Under the pieces are notes generated by a model, which was given only the letters and a program-made list of their open reading frames with translations, was not told the origin of the DNA and searched no databases. A stretch of DNA of 63,908 nt, the filler included, from Phoronis australis (lineage: Eukaryota > Animalia > Phoronida), in the NCBI GenBank assembly GCA_002633005.1. It is 6 parts of 6 records of this genome, joined end to end, with 100 filler letters (N's around TTAATTAATTAA, not from the genome) between each part and the next. Parts side by side here need not be neighbours in the genome. Positions count along the whole stretch, not along the records: positions 25,196 to 48,586 come from NMRA01000154.1; 5 more parts are not named here. One strand, given 5' to 3'. Position 1 is the first letter of the stretch. The number at the start of each line of letters is the position of its first letter. This document shows positions 25,196 to 39,428 of the stretch, piece after piece. The translations under genes were made by a program, and so were the position numbers.

Positions 25196-28100
25196 CCCCC
25201 CCCCCCCTAAATCCGCCTATGCAACCAACCAGTCTGAGAGCAAAGAAACTAAACAAGATAATCATGCACGCTAAATGATGTTTCTACTGCCAATTAAAAA
25301 CTTCCAGACACTGTTTGTATTTTATATCACTGAGCATGTACAACAAGTACATGTACCTGACACTAGGCAACCAAAAATAGTATTTTCAGTTGAATTTCTA
25401 TGTATGGAATCAAAAAGACCAAACTTTTGACCTTTATTCATAACTTTTACTCGTTCTCTCCGAACACCAAGAGTCATTTTGTTACAGCTTTCTATATCCT
25501 TACCAATCATTTAGTTTGACTGTTGGGTTCTTAAATCAGGTGGTACGACAAGACGTTACTTTAATTTTGGACGGAGGGATGAATATTATACTTAGCCAGG
25601 CAGTATCGAGTATCTATCCGTAATGTGCACGTATTAGTGTTGTTCCTAAAAGAGGTCATTTTTAAGCTGAAATTTTTGCATGTTTCAAGCAAAAGTTTCA
25701 GGGGGTATAAAAATATACAGACAGGTCAATGAGTGTATTAGGGTGGTTGGTGTCGTTTGAGGTGGATAAAATTCCACTGGTAAATTTTCAACCAATTCCA
25801 GTGTAACGGGTCATGTTGAGAAATTTTCGATTCCATAGGTTCTCTCAGAAATTGCTATTTAAATCGTTCCAATTTTCCCCAAATATGCGACTTTTGAGAT
25901 TTTCGGAGAGTTCCTTGTGTTCGCCTCCAGCAGGCGTTAGAAACGGGAGGATGGAAAATATCCCCACTCAGCCCTCCCCCTCCGCAACTAAACAGGGATG
26001 TATGAAGCGGTAAGGGACCAAAACATCTGTTGGTGTGCAGATGTGAAGATGAAACCCTTGTGGCGACCGGCATAGGCGAGAGGTTGGAAAGCCGAGAAAA
26101 GGAAGACGCAGCAAAACGTGTTGGTGTTGGAGGGAAACATTTGTTATCCGCCATCTCTGGATTTATCATTTCGGAGTTTGAAATTTTATTGGAGTTCCCA
26201 GTTCTTTGAAAAATGCACTATGTGTCGTCCGCTCACACCAAAACGTTGCCCTGTTAATACAAACTTCGAGAAAGTTTGACCAAACTTGTTCAGAACGGAT
26301 TCTAAGGAGCTCAAGCACATTAATTTAGGATTTCAAATTTACAAAGATAATGCTTAGGCAATTCAACACTGTGTTTCTCCAGGGAACTTATTGTCTGGTA
26401 AGGTGTACTAAAGTCTTATGTTGCATTTGGGGTAACGTTTAAAAATTTTACGCCATTTGATATATACATGTACCCAAGCTCTTGAAAGGGGCCTGATGAG
26501 GGCATCCATGGTTACCATTTTCTTGTTATTTATTTCATTTTTTCTTCAGAAATCCATCACGAAGACGGATTCGATGATGAAATCAATTGCCTCTCTTTGA
26601 ATTTCTGTGAAGGAAGGAGTCCCTTCTCTGACGATGTCCCCTCTTGGAGGGGTGGACCATGCCATTTACCCGTTTGTTCTCTTATAATTCCCGCGCTGTC
26701 AACTTTTAAGCAGGGGAAACAGATAAAATGTTAAACCAGTCCTGCTCACGAAATCCAAGAACACGTTCATACAAACACAATTATACCATCATGACTTGTG
26801 TCTCAAACAACCAAATTTTGAGACAGCATTTACCGAAATCGAAAGACAAATAGGTATTGAAGACCATTATTTTGTGATTTACAAAAAATCGACATTCCCG
26901 GTGGTTTTGCGACAATGAAATACCGACACACTTCCCAAAGAAATACAAGAATAGTATTTTTTAGATCGTTATTAGAAATACATCGTTGAAATGGAGTTCG
27001 CAGGAAACTCGCTGTGTAGATTAGTCGGCTTGGAGTGTAATTTGCAACATTCATGTACTGCCAATCGTGAAGGAAATTTCGGTGATTGTGTACTCATTGA
27101 CTGTTACACCAGGCTATCACGAAAATGAAACAGAATTAGCGTAAACTAATGAATTGGAATAAACACGTTTTGTGTACCATTAGTTGTTACAATAAGTTGG
27201 CAAGTGACGCCCCAACGTGGCAAGGTTATTTTCTGCTGGTAACCTGCAAGCCATGATATGATTTACAAGTCTATTTGCTTAGGAAGGTCCATTCTTTTTA
27301 TTACATTGTTGAATGCTATGAGCTAATTGCGTAAGAATTCATGATGCTTCAGTGAATTTTTGCTGAAACGCCGAAAAAAATTTCAATCACTGGACTACAA
27401 TGTAAACACTCTTTGCCAATTAGAAAAAAAATTCTCGGAAACTAGTGTTTCGGTGAATCTTTAAATAGTTTAATCAAATTCGGCCAGGTTTACATCCTTT
27501 TCCCCACCAAGTGGCAGCTCTTAAATTCTAGGACACTGTACCCACTACGTGACCCGGAACCACACCCTTTCAAAGTGCACCGCTTCAAAACATGTCCTAA
27601 TAGGGCGAACTTCACCTGTACTGCACCCTAATAAAGAGAATAAAGACGAAACTATAACCGAAGTTAGTGGGACATTGTTCTACTCAGTACAATATGATCC
27701 GTTGCTCCCCGTGTGCGGTCTCTGTGCGTTTTAGGAGTATCCTGATGTTAGGCCTACTTTGATACCTCTAAGCTTTGTATTTAGACAGTACGTCCTTTTG
27801 GCGCCCCTAGAAATTGAAATTCATTGAAGGTATCCCCTGAAGTTTAAAATGATACTCTAAACGCGTACTGTCAACACTTAGGCGAAGTCGAATTAGACCG
27901 CGACCACCTTCCCCTCTAGTGGCACCTTTCTACAGACTTCCTAAAGCGACCAAAAGTGGGAGGTCGAGGGTATACGTGGTGCAGATGGAGCTTAAAACTG
28001 GTGTCGGCTAGGGGTGCAAGGAACTTACAAAAAGTGGGTAGTGGCGCAGTCGAGCAAGGGAGGTGCGCTCGCCTTCGTTTCGTTCCCCACTGAAACAATT

Positions 28101-29224
28101 CCAGCTTCCTACTCTCAGTATATATGTGTAAAATCGGTTGCTGATCTCATCGCAGAGATCTGCGGTATGCTGCCCCTTAGCGGGAATACCTAACAACGTA
28201 ATATGAACAAAGTCTCTTCATAAAGGTAAGAAGATCTGGCCACAAAAACTGCCTTTAAGTTTACGGTCAATCGAAATTTTTAACTCAGATCAATGATTTA
28301 ATCATCATTGTGGATTGTTGACTTAATCACTTATAGAATTGGAAAACTGACAGTTTCTTCCCCACATGAATAGTTCCCTACTAGCTAGTACCCAAAAGAG
28401 TGTTTCCCAGTCTTGATGTTACGCAGGCCTAATGNCCCCCCCCCTCTCCCGTTCACATGTTTCCTCGGTCTGTTTCTCTGACCCAATGCTCTCCCTACCC
28501 TGTGCGCTCATCTCAATTATGTCAATGAGATTCGTGAACTTAGAAACGTTAGTGATGCGTGAAAGGCGCCACTAGCGGGAGTCTCCACCAAGATGGCAAA
28601 CGTTCGACATACATGCAACTGAATAACAGGAACCTGTAAAGAGATCGTGTTAAGTGGAACAACAGGCATTTACAGCGGTGGAGGAGTTGGTATAAGTGTC
28701 TTTGACTATCCGATGGGTTGTATATCTCTGCCGGTGATAAGTTTGGTTGCGTTTGAGAACCATAGCTACACCTGTAGAGGTTGAGATGGCTATCACTGTT
28801 ACGGGCGTTAATTACATGTGAATAACGGGAATTAATCGAGGCGATTTACTTTACGAAAATGGTAACAATGACAAAAATGCCGCCGATTCTCTGACATTGC
28901 AAACCATCGCTACGCTTTTGGTGGGATCAAACTGGATAACAGGTGAACCAATTCTAGTGGTGAAGGTTAAACGGATTGCAAAGAAAAATTTCACATACCT
29001 GTCACCCACCAGTATGGAGACCGCCTGCGAAGATGTACCTTTCTTAACACGAGTCATCAAGATGTCGCCTTAGCTATGAGGGGCCTACTTCCTGTTCTGA
29101 ACACTTTCGGCTTTCTTCTCTTTTTACTCGAACACACTAACACGCGCCCATTCACAAGCACCCGTGCAATAAAGCAAACCACAGGCTACATGTACTATGT
29201 ATTTCATACACGCTCGGTCGTACA

Positions 29225-29833
29225 CTCGCTGGTTCCCTGCGTGCCTCTAGGCTCACTGGTTCCTTGCGTGTCGCTAGGTGGTCAGTAGCCAGCACGCAGG
29301 TATCACTTAATTTTCCTTGGGAATTTTTTACACCGGCGTATCTGATTGGCTAGTGGAATTCTCAACAAGCAGAGCTTTACGCAAACAAACTAGTGGCATG
29401 ACTGATGGACTCAAGTGTAAATGTGATATGTTGTATAGTCAAATCGGTGCTTAAAATATAAGCTAAGGAAATGTGAATCCTAGAAATTGTGGTTGCGCCT
29501 TTTCGAAGTGCATCTTCTACTGTCGATGACTTTTGGTTACGATACTGTCCTGTATTCATAGAGTATGAATAACACACCGGTTAAATCGGCCAGATATGTG
29601 TTTATTGTACATGTATGTGATTCAAGCACGCGTCTATTAAACATCACTGCAAAAACGAAATAGTTGCTGCGAAGCCACTTGCATGACAAGGCAAAAAATC
29701 GTTCACAGTCCGCCATTTTTTCACGGTGTTGTAAAGCTAACCAATGACTGCTGAGGTTACATCAACCAATGCTAAAGCGCTTGCCATTGCGTGATACCTG
29801 CGTGCTGGCTACGCACGCTAGAGGACAAGCGAG
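29225..29833. mobile_element. Complete ~610-bp MITE with 9-bp TSD (Mutator-like)
   Basis: Ends CTCGCTGGT...TAGCCAGCACGCAGGTATCA / TGATACCTGCGTGCTGGCTA...GCGAG. Flanks GGTCGTACA (29216-24) and GGGCGTACA (29834-42) match at 8/9. Confidence 0.75.
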
Positions 29834-31586
29834 GGGCGTACACACACACACGCACACGTATAGGCCTACGCACACGCTTATGCAGTTTAGCAAGGGCTCA
29901 TACGCAACGATATCCAACAATTCGGTGTCACCGTCCCGAGACAACAGATTTCGTCATCTCAATCATTAACCAATGGAACAGTACAGCTTTTTCACAACTT
30001 AGTCGATCCTTGATTATGACCTGGGCCAATGGCCTAAACTCCAAACTCCAAATCGTACACGAAATTATTTTCCTTATTCTTCCTGCTTTAGTACAAATCT
30101 CAAGATAAGTTTATTATCCTGCACTGAATTATACAGTCATCCAAGCAAACACCCGAGCCCCGAATAATTCCCTTTTATATTGAGTTCCTATCGGAGTAGA
30201 ACGGAAAAATAATTTCGAGCCCGATTTCGAGTACAAAAATTAGACCATGAGCCTCGATTGTCCTGAGTAGCTCAACTGCACCCGCTAAAAACACTGGTTA
30301 GCTAAAGAAGTAGACAGCTGTCGTGCATCAAAACATGGGAATAATGATGAGGACGTCAATTTATCTTCATAAGCCAATTTACTACACTAGCTTCTGTCAG
30401 TCATACCTTTCTCATAGTTCCCTAATACACTGGGAAAATAACTCTTTAGTATAGGCACACGTTGTCCCAACTTCCTGATATTCGTTGCGAAAGTGAAGAG
30501 AACGTAAATGGATGAATACATACATGTACATGTATTAAGGGTATTATGAACATGACGCAGCTGTTGCCGTGCGTGGCTATACAAGAGCTTCCGACTTTCT
30601 GAGTGTATGAGAGGACACTGAGAAAACTTAACTTTGCCACCGACATACACAAACGAAAATAACGTAATTACCAATTAAGCATTATCTGAGCTCTTGTACC
30701 AATGCGTAATAAATTTCAATCAGCCTAGTATTTTCAGTGCTTTTAACAAGGTTATGTCCAGCAAGAACAGTTTCCTGCGAGTTCGTCAAGATCTCGCAAG
30801 GTCACACTAGTAAAAGGCCATTGTTTCACGAGTACGCGTGCATTTTATAGGTCCACCAGCAAAGTTACGGTAGTGCAGGACGTAATGTACCCTCTGACAC
30901 AGCGCCACCTATACTGCAAAGCTAACTTTCGCTTAGCACTGTGATAGAGTGTAGCCGTAATGGTGAACTGTGGGAGAAACTGCACTACCGTTATATGAAC
31001 CATGACAGGGGGTTCTTATTAAGAAAAGTATGCGTACGTGTAAGTTTACTGCAAGGAAGTCAAGCAACGACTTGCAGAGATGCAGAGTAGCTCCTCTAAG
31101 CCTCCAACGCCTATGAGTCGGCTTCGTGCAAGCCGAAAATAAGTTAAGTATATTGTATTGAATTTCTTATTTGGATAGCCAGCTGAGTTGATGTAGCAGT
31201 ACACGTATAGGTGTCGCATTAGTGCTGCGCATCAACTACGAACAAATACCAGAAAACTATACGCAGATAATGAGACTATGATTGCCATGTTGTTGCCCAG
31301 GGGAGATCAACATGAAGTTAAAAACTAAAAGCGAGTAATAGTGATAAGGGGACCAGTCTATGTCCTCGTTGAAAGGCTAAGCGTTCGTTGCTACTGTAAG
31401 ACATTTGACTTTTTTTCTAAGACCAACCAGGCAGAATAGACAGGAGACTCCTAGTCTCTGCTCTGGTACAAGTCTAAGGCACAAAGCGGTCATGTGGGAC
31501 TCTGGTGGTGATACATTTTAATTTCACGATTTCAAGATCACATCAACTTAACTGTTCTATGATGTGATCTTGAAATCGCCTTTTGG

Positions 31587-31821
31587 TTACAGGCACACGT
31601 ACTTTTCTAACACTTCAGGATGAAATTCAAAAATCACTCTACTGTAATAAGATGCCGTACCGTTCGCGTCAGCTACCACAACAATCGTTTCTCCTTCATA
31701 CAGAAAAACAGGCCAATGTCTTCCCAGAACAGCAGTAGCCTGTGCAATGACTTGCAATCTTTCATTAATGGTCATAGTTCCTCGCAGTACTAAGCCGTGA
31801 TCCACCATAATCGAGCCTTTC
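31587..31821 (-). CDS. CTL/TSP1/PAN/SEA protein, SEA C-terminal exon (ends at the stop at 31587 or a donor after 31603)
   Basis: ttgtAG acceptor, phase 2. Joins GFR|KGSIMVDHGLVL, the SEA GS[IV] motif. Confidence 0.7.
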
Positions 31822-33139
31822 CTACAACCAAATAGGAAGGTGATCAAGGGTCCAGAGACATGTCTCAAAGAGCTCAACAAATTGAAGTACGCAGGCAAAT
31901 TGTAAACACGCCTCATATAAAATAGATCCACGCTAACAACAGAGGCTAAGATTAAAATGTCATCTCCTGTATCAATACTGAGGGAAATCGAAAGTACTGA
32001 GCAACGAGGACACTAATTTGGGGCCAATTCCGGAAATGAGCTCAGCTGTACCCTCTACAATAAGATCGGGTCACTCATGTATTATGTTAACTACAAACAC
32101 TCGACTTAAAAGCTGTTCAAGGTGATTTCGGAACAGAGTCTCAGGGGTGCCTCGAAAATCAAGTTCTCCAACAGTTCCCGTCTTTAGGGCTACCGATACC
32201 AACAATTCCAAATCTCTCGAAATAAATAGCACTCGATTTAACCGTATTGTCTTTTAACTGAGCTAGTCTTCTTGAACAAAAATTGTTGCACCACCATATC
32301 TCTTAAGAAGCCTCCTGTTGGCAGATGATAGAAGATATACAAGACATCGTCTGTGAGTCATCACACGCGTACCCTAAAATCTAGGGGACCTTTTACTGAA
32401 AAAGAGCACGGGGACTAAAAAAAAAAAACAAAAAAAAAAAACGGGGCACTACATTCAGACCTATGAATCGTGCGTTCGCGCCGAATTCCTGTGGATTTCG
32501 TCTCGTTTTCTCGGACTTTTTGTTTCTCTGAGGCGGACCTTTTTGCTCACTTCGTCAAATGGGGGGCTCCTTCGAGCCCCCCGAGGCCCCCTGGGTGCTC
32601 GCATTGTCACGATGCCAATGACACCACTTTATGATCGCCAAATAGGGACTAAAGAGACGGTTCAACTTCTGAAATTTTGGGTCCACAACATCATGCTGAA
32701 AATGCTAAGGAAACAGGCTTTAAGTGGCTATAAACAGGTCTTCAAAACCCAACTTTTATTCAGTCCACTTACTATTATGAAATTGGCCCGCAAGATGTTT
32801 CTCAGTCGAAATAATTGTAATTTTGGGGCAAATGCTACTGTCAATTCACTGCGCGACTAAAAAATCTGTTCTCATTTCAGTAAGGAATAATTTGAGACCA
32901 ATTTTATAGCGGTTCAAATAGTCAAAATCAAAAGTCATATGCTGTGACAGAAGGCGTCTTTATACCCGATGGTACCAGTTGCCCACTAAAAATGGCACAC
33001 CGATTTGAACATGAAATCTGGCCTGTGGTGGGTCATCAATGGCTACTTTTGCTGTACTGTATGTTGAGATGCCAAGTTAGAGTCATTTAACTATGATAAG
33101 ATGGTTTATTTTTTAATGGCGCCCTTGGAAACTTGTTAC

Positions 33140-33201
33140 CTGAATCCTGTTATTTCCATGGACAAGTATCCATTTAAATGGTCCTTGTACACTTCATTCA
33201 T
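33140..33201 (-). CDS. CTL/TSP1/PAN/SEA protein, middle SEA exon
   Basis: tttctAG...GTAACA, phase 0-2. MNEVYKDHLNGYLSMEITGFR. Confidence 0.7.
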
Positions 33202-34082
33202 CTAGAAAATAGACACAAAGTTTGAGCGGCATGCAACACGCGACTCCAATCCTCAACAGTCGTTATCATGTTCCATGGTACATGCACATCGACACAAAGT
33301 AATACGGGAATTCAATATGCAACCCTGCGCCGTCTTTGGCAAACCAGATCGAAAGTGCCAAATACACGCCTGGGCGTATCAAAATCGTAGCCGGTGCCTG
33401 AGACATTCTCCTTAATAATAATATCCGTACAGGTTAAGGTTTCAGCAACCGTTTCCTGTAAAACACGGAAAAGCTGAAAGGTTGAATGAAATGCGCCTCA
33501 AGCAAAAACAGCATAGTTTCGAAATATTATCACATTTTCTTTCAGGCCCGCAACTTGTGTGGGCCAACGTGTACTCTGCTGAAATAGTAATGAAAAACAT
33601 CCTGAAGTTTGCGAGTCTCACTGCATTAAGCCAATAGCCTGACCAGAGTTTCCAAATTTTGACCAATTCAATCGCAGGTTATCTGAAAGCCCAACGGCAG
33701 TGAATGTTGAAACAGCCATGATAATGACATTTTGAAGTCGATTAGATAAGATTAAGGTAATATAAGACCCTAGAAGTAAATTTGGCTTACAGCAGAGTAT
33801 TATATTTCAGAAACGCTGATCGAATTCAAAATAAACTTTCAGATAGCAGGATTTATGCATGAATCACTGTTGAAATTTTGTTTTTAACATGGTCCACTGA
33901 TGCAAGAGGGACTATCAAAGAATAGTACTTTCTAATGCTTAAGAGTAAATGCGCATATTTTGTCGATAAGACCTTACCTAACTTTCAACCGTAAATACAT
34001 GCAGCTCATTTCTGCATCTAGTCCGTTAACAGCGTCAAGACTTGACAACGAATGAAATTACGTTTGCCTCTGGAATACTTAC

Positions 34083-34189
34083 CACTTCTTTACAACGCTC
34101 TGCAAATGGAATCGTCACCTGGTGGCTCATTTCGGTGAACGATTCGTTGAACGTTCCATTCAAGGTAACGGAAGTATATACCGTCGTTA
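34083..34189 (-). CDS. CTL/TSP1/PAN/SEA protein, first SEA exon
   Basis: ctttttAG...GTAAGT, phase 1-0. VTTVYTSVTLNGTFNESFTEMSHQVTIPFAERCKEV. Confidence 0.7.
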
Positions 34190-34769
34190 CTAAAAAGAAA
34201 GCACCTAATCAACCAGCCGAAGAGTCAGGAATGAGCTTATTTATGATAAAATTGGAAACAACAGTCACTTATAGTAGCCGTAAAACATGCAATTTAAGGA
34301 AGTTATTCAAACGTAAATTCAAGGCGGGACATGACTTTATGTAGAGTTTGGTGTTGGTGGAGAATTTTGCCAAACATGACGTTATTCAAGCCGTAAGAAG
34401 TAGACATTTGTTGACATGTGATTCTGTAGAGTCCCCATATCGAACCCTGTTTTTTTGGAAAACACACAAAACTGACACGTGACTTGCTACTACAGAATTA
34501 CTGCTTTCGCCGTAAGATAAAAGTATCTTTCAGGTAAAAAACATTGTACAGTGTATTGAAAAGTGGCCCCACAGTCGTTGATAAACTCGTTCAAAGCGTT
34601 AGCGACGCTTTTATTTTATTCAAACTTTTGAAAAAGTTCTCCAAACTTCTGAAGGTTGGCCTTTCTGGTGTAGCGTTCTACAATTAAGACCCCCGCGAGG
34701 CCTGGTCAATCCGTTAAGGACACCTAAAAATATGGCGCGTTGTGGGTGATGCTATGACCAAGTGAGTAG

Positions 34770-37312
34770 ATCAGAAGCTCAAAGGAGAAGCTGGAGATAC
34801 ATCTGGAGGAGGTTCACAGTGACACTCGGTTCGAGGATACTTTGGGAGATTTTGACTGGATGGATGAAGAGGAATTTCCACGTGTACCTTTAGAGGTTGG
34901 CGATTTTAAGTTCTGTGATGTCAGGTAGGTGGTAATGAACGCCAAGTCGGGATCACCTCCAGGACCCTCGGGGCTACCGTACATAGTTTATCATAAGTGT
35001 CCAAGGTTATTACACCGCCATTGGAAGCTGTTGAGAGTGATTTGGCGCTCTAAGGAGTTGCCTTGGAGATGGGGAAGGCGGAAGGGGTGGACATTCTGAA
35101 AGGCCAATTCTCTGTGAAGATTGCTGACTTCCGTCCTATCTCGTTATTGGATGTGGAGGGGAAAGTCATTTTCGCTGTGCTAGTAGACAGACTAACGACA
35201 TATTTCTTGGAGAACAGTTACATTAACCCTTCAGTGCAGAAGGGAGGCATTCCCGGCTACTCTGGTTGTTTAGAACACAACTGCGTGATCACGGATTTAA
35301 CCAAGGATGCAAAGAAATTAAAGAAAGACCTGTCTGTGGTATGGCTTGACATGGCCAATGCTTATGGGTCGATGCCACACAAGCTTATAGAGAAGGCGAT
35401 GTGTATGTATCATTTGCCCGAAGATCTGCGTTCTCTTATCAGCAAATACTTCACGGGAGCAAGAATGAGATTCTCAGTTAATGGTTTTACAACAGAGTGG
35501 CAACCTTTGCAGAAGGGGATCATGAGAGGGTGCACAATTTCTATAATTCTGTTGGTGATGGCCGTGAATGTTATGGTTAAGGGAGCATTCAAAGAGTGGA
35601 GGGGACCTTTATCGCAGAACAAGCGTCTACCAAGTTGTCGTGCATATGTGGATGATTTCACTGTTACAACTCAGTCGGCATTAGGGGCAGGACGGATTCT
35701 GAAAGCCTTGGGTGATCTAGCCAGGTGTGCGTTCAAAGTAGCAAAATGAAGGAGTTCAGTGCTGGTTCGAGGGAACATTAACCCACATTTCGCTTTTAAG
35801 GTGGATGAACATGTGATACCTTCGGTGTCTGGCAAATCAGTGAAGTATCTGGGGAAGAAGTATGACGGCACATTGAAAGATGGAGACCATGTAAAAGCGG
35901 CGCTGAAAAGTTTACAGGAAAATCATCAGAAGATCGATAAGTATGGATTACCTGGTCGCTTTAAGGTCTGGTGTTATCAGTTTGGTCTATTCCCAAAGGC
36001 CGTGTAGCCTTTGACAGTGTACGAACTACCTATTACAGCAGCGGAAAGGGAGGAGCGTTTTGTCAGCCGCTGGTTGCGCATATGGTAAGGCATTCCCCCA
36101 ACTTTCACTAGGTTGGGCCTGTGCATGAGATCTATTGTGGAAGAGCAGTTGTTAAGTGCAGGACTTTCCTGACTCTGAGGGACTCGAAAGATGATGATAA
36201 CAGTGGTGAAAAGAGAGCAGGCTTCACCATAAAGATTTGGTAGGGGCAGTTTCTAGAGGACGTGAAGGCCTTGGCATGAAACCGTTTAAGAGGTGGAAGA
36301 CAACTAGAGAGTAATATCGTCGTTCTATGGTTTTAGACGAAGTACGTCACTTAGAAGAGGAGAAGCGCTTTTTGTCATGCTGTGGGTTTGAGAAGGCAGG
36401 GCGCCTGGACAGCATGGGAGGGGGTTCACAGTAGGCGCATTACAGCGAACAACCTGATTTCATGTGACCAGTATAGATTAAGTTTTCTCCTGCGTTCTGT
36501 GTATGGCGTACTCCCTAGTCCGACAAATCTGAATTTGTTTGGAAGGATGGAAGACGATTCTTGCGTCAGTTGTGGGGAGCGCTGCACGTTACAGCACGTT
36601 TTGTCATCCTGTAAGTCGGCTTTGGCGGAAGGCAAATTCAAGTGGAGACATGATATGATTCTCAATGTGATTGTTCATATTTTGGACCTTGAATGAAGGA
36701 AGGCGGTTAGCAACACCGACAGCCAGCTAATATCATTTTGCAGAGAAGCTGCATCCGGGAAGAGGAAAGATGCGGGTGTATTGTCTACAGCGATCGGAAA
36801 ATGCTTGTGGATGTAATGCCATTGGCAGTATTCCTGAGCCATGAAGTGATGACGACACTCCGGCCTGACTTGGTATTATGGTCAGATGCTACAAAGACGG
36901 TCATCATAGTAGAACTGACACTACCATGGGAACCCCGAATGGTAGAGTCCAATGAGAGGAAAAGGCTTAAGTATGCAGAACTTTCCCATGATTGTTCAGT
37001 AGCTGGTTGGAAGTGTTTTTGTATGCCAATTGAAGTAGGATGTAGAGGTTTCATCGGGAGCAGCATGTCGAGGTTGACGAAGTTCCTAGGTATCGGCACA
37101 GTGTCGAGGAAGAATTTGGTGCAGACAGTGATGAGATCTGCTGAAGAGGTATGATCGTGGTTATAGTTACAGCGAGACAACAGGTGGCACTCCGAAGCCT
37201 GATCAACTTCGGGGTCCCGGCGTCTGAGAAGATTCTAGATTAGGGGTCGAAATTATCGATGATGATGCATTCTAGCTGATGACAGCACCTGGAGAAACAA
37301 CACACAACAACA
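34770..37312 (+). mobile_element. 5'-truncated, degenerate non-LTR retrotransposon with RT and C-terminal restriction-like endonuclease (HERO-like clade), antisense within an intron
   Basis: RT motifs KSGSPPGPSG, FRPISLLDVEGK, QKGGIPGYSGCLEH, WLDMANAYGS, GIMRGCTIS, AYVDD, VKYLGK. CCHC knuckle CVSCGERCTLQHVLSSC followed by WRHD. RLE motifs RPDLVLWS..VIIVELTLPWE, K..KY, PIEVGCRG. Several stops and frameshifts; AAC-rich tail near 37295-37312. Confidence 0.9.
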
Positions 37313-38178
37313 GTGTTTCAGGTAATTTTTTCAAAGCAGTAAATTTTCTAACGAAAAATTTGAGACCAATTTCATAATGTCACGTGATCTAAATCAAAAG
37401 TAGTTTTTGTCACGCAAGGCTGGTTCATAGCCCATTTGATAAAGATGAGAAATGCTCGGCATATTAATGTATGGAATGCCTTAACTATTTTATTACGATT
37501 TTTACAGTTATTCCTTGGTTTAGTGTCAGTGAAGACCCCATTTTGATTTGCATGGATTCACATCAGGCCGTTGATATACGAAAATCACTCTGACCACCAT
37601 TCATACCATCATCAGTAACAAGTTAAATGATTGAATTGTTATTATAAACCATTGATAACGAGATACGAAATGAATGGAGGGTAGCAGTGAAAGGAAACAA
37701 AGCAATGTTAGTGTTTTCAACCTACTTCATTTTCAAAATATTTGTGTCATCATTTACTAGCTTGGTTTCAACGTCAACAACACATTTCCCGCCAGTGATG
37801 GGAGTCTGACTTTTGAAACGACTTAACCTGCCTCCAGTTACGAATAGGCTTATCAACCTTGCGCCATGCAACTTTACATTAAATATAATATCAGGATGGT
37901 AAGTACCTTTACATATTAGGTGGGCGAGTTTTGTGCACGTCTGCAGTTATGCATGCTTTAAGGACGAAGCTTTGGTAAAAAAGACAAAGTTGGAGGCGTT
38001 ATTTAAAAACATTTATGTAGTTCAAACAGTAGGCATCAGTGGTAACCAAAGACAGTAGGCATGGCAACCAAACGGTAAGCACATATGTGTGATGATTTTT
38101 TGGCTGCACATTGGACACGTGTCGCCATCATTTCCAAAGCAGCAAAGATGACTCTCAAGATACTGCAGAAAAATATAC

Positions 38179-38364
38179 CTGGACAAGCGCGTGTGTGTGA
38201 CGACCTCCCAAAACAATATCGACCCGGCTGCGGTAGAGGATTATTGCAGACACGTACTCGTTTCGTGCTCGCGCCCGAAGTGCTGCAGGCATCCCACGGA
38301 CCCCATAAGCCCCAACCTCCGTAAGTTGAAACCAGTGATCCGTTCACATGGCCGTCTTTCAATT
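38179..38364 (-). CDS. CTL/TSP1/PAN/SEA protein, second TSP1 exon
   Basis: ctgcAG...GTATAT, phase 1-1. YGGWGLWGPWDACSTSGASTKRVRVCNNPLPQPGRYCFGRSSHTRACP. Confidence 0.85.
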
Positions 38365-39201
38365 CTGCAGCAAAAATCAAAGATTAATTCCATTGTGGAT
38401 TATAGATGGAATGTTCCCAAACTCGCGGGAATTCACAGCGGTTCATTTGCAGAGGACAATTAAGCAGCTCTTTTCATGTAAAAAGTACAGCATATATAGG
38501 TTTCTATCAGGCCTTGAAACGCGTATATTTATATGTTTTCATCGGTCACTGTCAGTAGAACTTGTCATTTGAGTGGGATAGCCAGTCAATTTTTAACACA
38601 AAAAGGCGTTTACCGCCGATAAAACTATCCTTTCACCTTCACCCAGAACATTAGACAATTCGAAACCCCACCACAGTCCCTTGTGACTCGTTTAAATTTC
38701 ACCGTAGCTTATAAAAACAAGTCAAATTTCAATCTAAATAGCAGTTGGATGTTCCTTTTTGAATTTGAAGCCTCATTTTGAACTTGCTTTGATCTCAGAA
38801 GAGCCGTAAGTGAATAGTTTCTACGAGTGTACTTTAGTCCTTTTAGTGAAACAGCGTTGCATTCCGCAGACAGAGTAAACCCATGAAGATACATGTATCT
38901 CGCGACGTCTTGCGTCATCTTACGTTTTCTCGAGGTTCTCGCGTCTACGGAAAGATGCCTAAGCTTTTCTATAGCATTTTCATAAAATAGGGGCCACAAG
39001 GTCAAAATTGTCGTCATGCCAGTAGGACTCGGAAACATTGAAACAAACATGGGGTGTACAAATAATATAAAATTACCCAATACACTGGCAGTTCTGCAAG
39101 AGGTTGAACGCCAACCCAGGAGATTAACAATGTTTTTTCAGTATTCATAAACTTTAAGACGACTTGAACAAACAAAAACGCAATTTCAACAGGCTACTTA
39201 C

Positions 39202-39428
39202 TTGCACTGTCCTCCATTTCGCAGATGAAAGGTAGATGGCGTGCACAGTTGCTTTGGGAAACGTTGCAAGTCCCATCAATGCAGGAAAGTGCGAAACAAG
39301 ATGCATTTAGACTTGTTGAGTTTTCCGCAACCTCGAAATCAAATTCAGGCCATCCAGAAAAATTCCCGTTCATCCATTCGTAAGACTCTAGGGGATTGCG
39401 CATGCTTATCCAGTACCTTCCTCTCTTA
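39202..39428 (-). CDS. CTL/TSP1/PAN/SEA protein, second C-type lectin domain (3' half)
   Basis: ttttacAG...GTAAGT, phase 2-1. RYWISMRNPLESYEWMNG...SCFALSC...SNCARHLPFICE. Confidence 0.85.

Noticed and set aside
25930-26735. Possible small + strand gene (donor at ~26010, acceptor at ~26549)
   Set aside because: The splice-like sites exist but the peptides have no recognisable motif. It is unsupported without transcript data.
33978-34020. Alternative SEA exon with AG|GTAAGG donor
   Set aside because: A phase-0 start gives an immediate stop. The exon at 33140-33201 fits both phase and the SEA pattern.
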